Assembly: GCA_028023455.1 (NCBI GenBank) | Contig: JAQFVV010000002.1 | Coordinates: 13,888,001-13,952,000 of the forward strand | From: Epiperipatus broadwayi | Lineage: Eukaryota; Animalia; Onychophora | Length of the DNA: 64,000 nt | Direction of reading: 5' to 3' | Shown: positions 15,400 to 23,860 of the stretch, one piece after another | How the letters are laid out: each line of letters opens with the position of its first letter | Numbering within the stretch: position 1 is the stretch's first letter | Program-made: the position numbers and the translations under genes | Notes under the pieces: model-generated | The model's database searches: none | What the model was told of the DNA's origin: nothing | The model's input: the letters and a program-made list of their open reading frames with translations, nothing else

Positions 15400-16600
15400 C
15401 ATCCCATAAACTTACCAATATTTTTTATGAAATACCTTGTATAAAGAATTTTCATTTATAAAAAAAATTGCTTCAGATTGGTCTTGGGATAATTGACAAA
15501 AGATAATGCTATTCCAAGTGAAGGCATTGTATCAGAAATTTTGCAAAAAAATTGAACTAATAAAACTGCTGGTTAAATTATACCAGTTAATTGGAAAATT
15601 ACTTAATGGTTTCCATTATAAAGTTGGATGAAGCTAAATTATATACTTAATCTAAAGCAAGCGAGTCTTGACAAATTAATGCTTTATTTTATATAATTCA
15701 AATTTGAGTCAATGATAGAAAAAAGAGTTCCAAATATAAAGAATGAATTCATGAAAAAATGTATAGATCTAGACTTTTACTAATATATGTTGAATAAATT
15801 AAAAAAGTCAAGGAATATCAAAATTTTGTATGTGGGTGTGTTATTAATTACAACAATTCCTTTGATTCAGTAGATTTTAGTAAAGTAGGTGTATCATGTT
15901 TCATTATTTTTATAAGGGATCTCTATATAAGACTAGAAATTATAATTATAACAAGTTGTTGTTTTACATTGGCAAAAATGTTGACAGTTTTGGCACTCCA
16001 TCGATTCAACATGTAATGTGTAACTTACAAAGCTATAGTATATTGGACAAAGACTTGTGTTGAATCATCAGTCTCAAGTTTTTGCTATTACCACATTTAT
16101 TATCTGAATACTCTCATTAGGAAAGTTAAAAAGTAGGTTAAAATGTTGGATTGTGGTTGAATATGAATGGGGCAAGGATTATGATTTTAGGGTCATCAAC
16201 TAACTTCAAAGTTGATAATAAAGAGATAGAAATGTTTGACAGTTATTGTTTTCTTGAACATATTCGTCAGCATAGGATCAAGTAAAGAAATTTACACAGT
16301 AATAATTGCAGGCTCTACTGGATATACTGGTTATTATTAAGAATGAAGAGCACAATTGTTTAATTGTAAGGTATTTTTTAGGATTATTCTAAAAAAAAAA
16401 AGCATAAAAGTATCATGCATAGCAAATCATATTGAATTTTCAATTAAAATGCAAAATGGTCAAGGTGAAGTTATCAAATTTGTCTATTTCATGAGTTTAA
16501 TTTTGTAGAAAAGCATGCAAATACTCTGAAAAATTAATGATGGCAAGAGAAGGCTGAATAACGATGTGTTATGTAGAGTTATCAAATTTTTGAATCTCTG
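15400..16600 (+). mobile_element. Highly degenerate LINE RT remnant
   Basis: Ordered decayed motifs resembling PGxDGI..EIL (~15515), IPxxWK (~15581), AFDSV (~15857) and YKYLG (~16365), with many stops and frameshifts. Confidence 0.4.
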
Positions 16601-17931
16601 TTAGCTATGTTTGTATAATGTCATTATTTATTGCAAAAACTATATTTAAGAAATATTTTTGTAAGGCATTATATAAAATTGTTAAACATTTTATGCAAGG
16701 CTTTAATTAACTAGATTTTAGGATGCAAACTCATTTATATAAAATAATTCTTGTAAATTTAAGGTGTAGATTTTTTCTTATATTCAGAAGATATTTTTTT
16801 TGTGGTATATTTTTAATATTAAAGTTTACATAAATTAACCCAAAAATTGGAATTTAAAGATATGGTACTTATTGCGTGTGTGTGTACAGTTTACGATATT
16901 CAGGCAACCAGTTTTTCATCTCAATGTAAACGTGATCAAGCTTAGAAAAAAAAAAAAAGCTGTGAATAAATTTTACAATATACTAGTAGCTGGTTTTCCA
17001 TCTCAGCCATGCACGATCAAGTTTATAAATAAAATTTCTTGGGTTTATTATTAGTTGAAAGTACATGTATTTTTTTATTTTTTTATTATCATTTCCAAAT
17101 TTGATGTGTAGTATTTCACATAATAAAATGTTGTTTAAGCATAATGCTAAAAGTTTTACAAAATTTAAAAATATATTTAAAGCTTATACAGACTTAAAAC
17201 ATCAAAAAGAAAGACTACTATTACTTTTGTATAAGAGAAAAAAGTTAGTGGGTGGGAAAAAAGACTATCTCCTAGAGTGTGTGTTCACTTGTAATGAAAG
17301 TCAAACATTTTGCTATTCATTTTATTTAAAAAATCAAATTTCAATATAGTTGAGAGGTTTTTCTTATTTTTTTCAGTGAATGGATGAATGAATAAACACA
17401 TACTCAATAAAATATATTTAAAATGTGTCCCCTCAATTTATTATTAGTAACTTTATTTTGAAAATTTTTTTGTTTATACTATAATCTTAATTTATATATG
17501 CATATTATGCATATAAATATATATAAATGCGCATGTTGAAAAATGCTGTATACTTGCAGTTCAACAAACAATATGTATTTTATTCTAATCAAAGTTTATC
17601 TACAAAATATGGACTATTATATGCAGTGTAAATGAGGAAAGCTTGTAACAAAATATAGCGGATATTGCTATTCCATTGTATTTTATTGTTTTGGATTTTA
17701 TTTATGATAAAAAAAAGTTAATATACCATTTGGATAACAAACAATTGTTATTGTTTGTGTATATCTTTATTACAGATGTTAGGACTGTTTTCATGGATTT
17801 TATTTTGAAATTATGTATTACATCATCTCTTTAATCATTAGTTTATTTTTAATTATTAAACATTGTTTAGAAATAGTTTATGAACAATACACAATGAATT
17901 ATATGTAAATATTTGTTTCCTTTATTTCTAG

Positions 17932-18076
17932 GTCTTGGAAAAGAAGGTAAACCTTTTACTGATCCCGAAATTTTACGTAAATTAACCAATTCAGTTAGTT
18001 GTGCATTAGATGAAGCTGCTGCTGCTCTAACTCGTATGAGAGCAGAAAATTCAAATCAAGGAGGACAAGTTGATGG
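17932..18076 (+). CDS. ANKHD1: Internal coding exon of ANKHD1/ANKRD17 (mask) orthologue, region just before the first ankyrin repeat
   Basis: Acceptor tttatttctag| at 17931 and donor GG|gtatgt at 18077. Translates (G)LGKEGKPFTDPEILRKLTNSVSCALDEAAAALTRMRAENSNQGGQVD(G), matching the conserved DPEVLRRLTSSVSCALDEAAAALTRM motif of ANKHD1/ANKRD17/Mask. Phase 1 start, phase 2 end. Confidence 0.95.
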
Positions 18077-19803
18077 GTATGTTAACTTCTTTAATGTTTG
18101 TACATTCATTAAGAAATTTACTGTATTTACCTTACATACTTAATATATTCTAAGGAAATGTAAGAAAGTAAAGGCTCATTAATAAAAATAAAATTTTATG
18201 TAACAATAGTTAATCACTGACAATATATTTTAATGAGCCAGAGAAATTTAAATTTGCCAGACTTGTTACTTTCAGTTTTCTCAAGCTGTGAAGAGCTAAA
18301 TATGACGGCTATTCTCTGTAATTAATATGCAATTGTGTGCTCTATTATTACATTTTATTGGCAGGCATTAAACTTGCTGAAAATTAAAAAGTAGCAGCAC
18401 TTTATGTAACTAGCAAAATATTTTTCACAGTTTAGAAAGCTTTAAATCTATTGGAAGAGTTGCAAGAAAATGATGCATATATGATTATAAGAGCAATCAA
18501 AAAAAATTCTCTTAGGAAGTTGAGATATTTGTATATCTATTCAAAAATTTATATAGAATGTTATGAAAACTGATTTAAGAAGTGATTTGATTAGATAAAG
18601 TATCAATTAAAAGTTATTTTTTTGATTTTTATATATATTTAAGTTAGAATATTCTTGACACAATTTTTGTAAATTTTGTAAAATACATTGTTTTGAAATG
18701 TTGAAACTTATTTACTACTTTTAATGATAAATTTTTATTAAATTGTGTATGTATAGTTTCCTCTCTCAGCATCAATGCAAAAATGCCATACAATACTTTA
18801 AGTGCATTTCTCTTGTTTCTTAAAATTAATATATCAGTGTGAATTATGCCGGATCATTAATGATGAGTGTTATGTTAATTTATTTCACTATTTTTTCAAA
18901 AACAAACAAACAAACAAAAAAAAAACAACAGTTAATTATGAATGTGAATAAGAGAAAGAAATTTGACATTTACAAAAATTCCATCCATTAATTTAGACTG
19001 TCTGCTTAATTTGTATAAGAATTGAAATATTTATGATTGTTATTCGTGAGCCTTTAAAATATAATGGATATGATTTTTTAATTCTTGTTTCAGTGTACAA
19101 TCATCAGATAGTCTTTAGAAATATTGTTATAACGAATAACTATAGAAGCCATTCATTATATTACCATAAAGGTTCTCTGTAGTTTAATTCTGTTTCTTGA
19201 AATTTTGCAGCAAATTTGTTAATATTTTTAATAGTTTTGTATTTTGCTGTATGAATTCAGCCTTAAATTTACTGCAACTTTTCTTCGACTATGGGAATAC
19301 GATTTTTTATAATTAGGAAATATTTGAACGTAGTCATAGGATTAATGTCTAAAACATTAATCCTTCGGTGCTGGATTTAGAAGATACTTCATATATTTAT
19401 GTGTTTGTGTATATATATGTATATTGTACCGCTTATGAAAAAAAGCGATCCCCGTGAAATTTGTGTTTACAATTTTTAAAAATAAAGTTCTCATAAACAA
19501 CGCAAAGGTTTTAATAAATAATATGTAAGTCAGCATAGAAATCTATAAAAATTTAAAGAGTTATTTGTTAAAAGTTTAATAAAAGAAGTTTGAAGAGTTT
19601 TTTGTGTTTAAAAAAAAAGTTGTTTGCTAAAAAGCAATTAATTCATAGTTTCACGGGGGAATTAAAAGTAGTTGATGTTCATATAATTAAAAATATTTCT
19701 TTTCATTTAAGTTAAAGAAAAAGGAAATCTTAAAAACTAAAACTTGATATTAGAAATATATATGTGCGTAAATGCCAAGGTGATTTTAAACATAGCAAAA
19801 TGA

Positions 19804-20445
19804 GTGCTTGTTGATAAAATAAATGTGTGTGTGATTAAGTCAAATAATTTTTTACTTTTGGGAAATATATGTATTCAAGTACGAGTGCGTGTGCGGCGCA
19901 ACTGTTCCATTGTTGACAAAAATTTTTTACATATACAAAATAAACCGCTTAACACTCACATCACACAGGATAAACCCAGATTATTGCTTCCATATATATC
20001 CAATTTACACAAGAAATTGCATTCCATCCTCAACAACAAATATCAGCTTTGTTTTCGAACCCCTCCAAACTCTAACAATTTAATTAATAACACTAAAGAC
20101 CAAACTCCACTTTTGCAGACCCTCCACACAGTATATAATATTGCATGTTCCAACAATAATTGTAAAGGCACATATTATGGGGAAAGCAGAGCATCTTTGT
20201 CCACACGATTAGCACAACATAAATATTCATACAATAGAGCTCGCAACGATCCTTCTACCTACTCAGTTTTCTATCAGCACCAGAGCACAAGTCACCACGA
20301 GTGCATTCCAGACAATCCCACAATCGTGTGTAGAGAGAGACATGACCTTAAAAGAAAAATCAAAGAGGCCTTATTCGTTTCACGAGACAATGATGCCATA
20401 AATAGGAAGGACACATGCTACGCTTTATCGAAGAAATGGAATTAG
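19804..20445 (+). pseudogene. Open PLE C-terminal fragment: RT thumb/linker + GIY-YIG endonuclease; the first ~35 codons are probably flank-derived
   Basis: 213-aa ORF from the track with VYNIAC..C...YYGE, R..QH, KRKIKEA and INR motifs. Confidence 0.8.
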
Positions 20446-20581
20446 CATATTTGCATATCATTAAATGTATTAGCAAGCTATGATTATGAAAGCAAGATCC
20501 TTTGAAAGCGCTCATTTTTAGTTATCTATTTTGTATTAATAGCTTTTGGGAACAGTTGCGCTGCACACGCACTTGTACTTG
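19876..20581 (+). mobile_element. 5'-truncated Penelope-like element (GIY-YIG endonuclease part) with inverted terminal copy
   Basis: ORF 19804-20445 contains TVYNIACSNNNCKGTYYGESRASLSTRLAQH...RKIKEALF (PLE GIY-YIG). 19876-19908 is a 33-bp inverted copy (2 mismatches) of 20549-20581. Confidence 0.85.
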
Positions 20582-22760
20582 AAATATGTGTGTGTTAAAT
20601 ATTAAAAAATGATATCGAAAGTTGTAACGAGCACAGACGTTCGTTACATTGTTTTTTTATATATAATTATTAAACAAGTTAAAATAAAAAGTTCGCATTT
20701 AAAAACTTTCTTTAAAAATTAAAAATTGAAATTAAAATATCGTCTTAAACTCTTATATATTAAGTCGCACAGATAATAAAAATTATTAAAATAAAATTTT
20801 TATTAAAGAAAAAGTATTTTAAAACTAAATTTTAAAAAGATTTGGAGATGAAATTATATCTTTAAATTTATCTTTAAATATATTTTTGATTTGGAAAACA
20901 GGTTAATTAATCAGAAATGGAAATGATTGTTAATTAGTTAAATGTAAACCAGCCTTCGGCATTTAAATGTAAAAACACTGGTCAGATAAGAAAACAATAA
21001 AAACTGTTAGCAAATAAGAAGAAATCCCTATGGAATCGGACCGCAGCGAAAGAATCATCACTCCATGACGCAATGTTAATTCAATCCTTTGACAAAAATA
21101 TAAAAAGGACAAGTTTTGGAAAGCATAAGTTAGTGGTTAGTGACTGGAAATTGATTGATTATTGACGATGTAACAGCTAGGTGTTAGCGCTGGGGGGATT
21201 GAAAAAGACGCACAGCTTCAATCCCTTCAGTTCTGCTAAGAAAGAGAAAAAAATGGGCCATCGTTTATACAATGAGGACCAACTACACGAAAAACAAAAT
21301 CTCCAAAGGATAAATAAATAAATCAACCGGATAATAATCTTCGGACGGCCAGGAATATAATAGGATGAACTATTTCAATAACCGTAAGAACTTTAAAATT
21401 TATGAACAGTAAATTAAAAACTTTTCATATTTAAAATGATTTTAATATTATTCTATCTGACCAACAATATTGATTAATTGGTTATAATTTTATTTAATGT
21501 ATTTAATTTGTAAAATCATTTCCATTTATTTATTTATTTATTTAATTTTGTTCTTTAAGTTGTTATGATTTCTGTTTTCCGTTAAATAAATTATAAAAAA
21601 AATGTTAAACTTGAGTCGGGCGTGAATGGCTGTATCGATTTGTAAAGATAATTAAGGGAGGGTAATCTTGGGTTGCTCATTTCGTGGTTGAATTGGTTCA
21701 ATGGATTGGATATATTTATGTAATTAGTAGGTGTAAGCATGAGATCCGCTACGGGCAGGATTATAAAATACGCCACACACCCTCTGTTTGCCTATGGATG
21801 GGTTTGTAAGTCGGCAGAAGACCGCAGCCCATTCCTATGGAGTTTTTAGTTTATTGATCTACTTGCCCACAGATGTCACATTCCTGTGGGTGGAGAGTCA
21901 ATGTCGTTTTTCTTTCTTCATATTGTTCAGATGTACATTCCTGACAATATAATTGTGTTGTCGTATCATGCTACATTGAATACATGAATGTATCAGATGG
22001 ATTGGCGCCGGTTGATTGCGAAATGTGTTGCCTAGGGTTAAATAGGGATAGAATATTTTATTTTCGAATGCAAATCTATATAGTATATTCAGGCTCGATC
22101 CTATAAAACTATTAAATTTAAGTTGTTTATAGACGCTTGCATAGATTGGCTATCGGTTAAATATGTTTGCGTTTTCATATTTGATCAAAATATATAGACA
22201 TTCGACAAATACTGATACCTTACGGTGAGTATCTAAAAGGTATTTATTCGGATGTCTTTTAAGTTATTGGTGACGATGCAGGTATCTTACGATGAATACT
22301 AGAGGGTTTCTTATATTTCCCTCTGCAATTGTCAGTAATCAATAACTTTGTATTTTGATCGTTTATGTTTACTTTGAAATGTTTTTGACCGTTGAAATCT
22401 ATGTAACCGATCTATAGCAACATATTAAACAGGTTAATATAATCCCATCTGTGCGAACTTGATTAAAAATGTAAATTTATAATATAATAGTAATGCAATG
22501 TAAATTAAAGTAAAATCAAAGTAAAAAAAAAAAAATAATGTTAAATGTTAAATTAAATGTAAATCACTAAAGTAATTTTAAACCTTATATATATGTGCAT
22601 AAATAAATGTTTGTATGTGAATTACTGGCAGTGGCTTACTTTATTCTTTTATATCCTAGTAAATGATATTATTAAATCTCTGCTATTCCACTGAGCTAGT
22701 GACATGGGCTAACGACCGGAATCAAAATTTAAGAAAAAAAAATATATATTTTTTTTGACT

Positions 22761-22973
22761 CACGTATCTGCCTACTTTATAAATTTTTCTAGGTTCAAAT
22801 GCCTAGATGGCGCCCCGTAGTGCAGTTTACGTTAAGTCGCATTCTCCGGATCGTTACAATGAATTATAACGATCCAAACGAAGTGGTAGATCGCATCGCA
22901 CCGCACCGCACTACCAAAGGGCGCCATCTAGGCATTTAAGCCTAGAAAAATTTATAAAGTAGGCAGATACGCG
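22761..22973. other. Central hairpin of the fold-back element: ~55-bp stem closing a 103-nt structured loop
   Basis: 22761-22815 pairs with 22919-22973. The loop has GGATCGTTA/TAACGATCC (22848-22875), TGGTAG/CTACCA (22884-22916), the alternative pairing GTAGTGC/GCACTAC, and 4x YCGCA (22891-22910). Confidence 0.85.
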
Positions 22974-23067
22974 CTGTTAGGATTCCACTTTATTTACATA
23001 TTTAGATCGTTAGCCCATTGTCACTAGCTCAGTGGAATAGCAGAGATTTAATAATATCATTTACTAG

Positions 23068-23099
23068 TATATAAAAGAATAAAGTAAGCCACTGCCAGT
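23068..23099 (+). promoter_or_regulatory. Putative TATA + initiator pointing outward from the palindrome centre (mirror copy on the minus strand at ~22624-22655)
   Basis: TATATAAAAG at 23068-23077, with CAGT 28 nt downstream (23096-23099). These are short motifs in AT-rich DNA, so support is weak. Confidence 0.3.
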
Positions 23100-23380
23100 A
23101 ATTATCATACAAACAGATTTATTTATGCACATATATATAAGGCTTAAAATTATTTTAGTGATTTACATTTAACATTTAACATTATTTTTAACTTTGATTT
23201 TACTTTAATTTACATTGAGTTACTATTATATTATAAATTTACATTTTTAATCAAGTTCGCCAGATGGGATTATAGAAGCTTGTTTTAATATGTTGCTATA
23301 GATCGGTTACATAGATTTCAACGTCAAAAACATTTCAAAGTAAACATAAGCGATCAAAATACAAAATTATTGATTACTGA

Positions 23381-23860
23381 CAATTGCAGAGAAATATAAG
23401 AAACCCTCTAGTATTCATCGTAAGATACCTGCATCGTCACCAACAACTTAAAAGACATCCGAATAAATACCTTTTAGATACTCACCGTAAGGTATCAGTA
23501 TTTGTCGAATGTCTATATATTTTGATCAAATATGAAAACGCAAACATATTTAACCGATAGCCAATCTATGCAAGCGTCTATAAACAACTTAAATTTAATA
23601 GTTTTATAGGATCGAGCCTGAATATACTATATAGATTTGCATTCGAAAATAAAATATTCTATCCCTATTTAACCCTAGGCAACACATTTCGCAATCAACC
23701 GGCGCCAATCCATCTGATACATTCATGTATTCAATGTAGCATGATACGACAACACAATTATATTGTCAGGAATGTACATCTGAACAATATGAAGAAAGAA
23801 AACGACATTGACTCTCCACCCACAGGAATGTGACATCTGTGGGCAAGTAGATCAATAAAC
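23381..23860 (+). pseudogene. Cryptic Cys-rich reading frame in the right arm (mirror on the minus strand of the left arm); product unknown
   Basis: Frame 23381-23833 has one stop (TAG 23558) in 151 codons, inside a candidate 123-nt GT-AG intron (23487-23609). CxxC motifs lie at 23726, 23764 and 23829. In the left arm CQEC-x18-CDIC is in one frame (21946-21869, minus). Confidence 0.35.

Noticed and set aside
19450-19658. 10-bp inverted repeat ccccgtgaaa / tttcacgggg as a MITE
   Set aside because: The repeat is too short, and I found no TSD or second copy.
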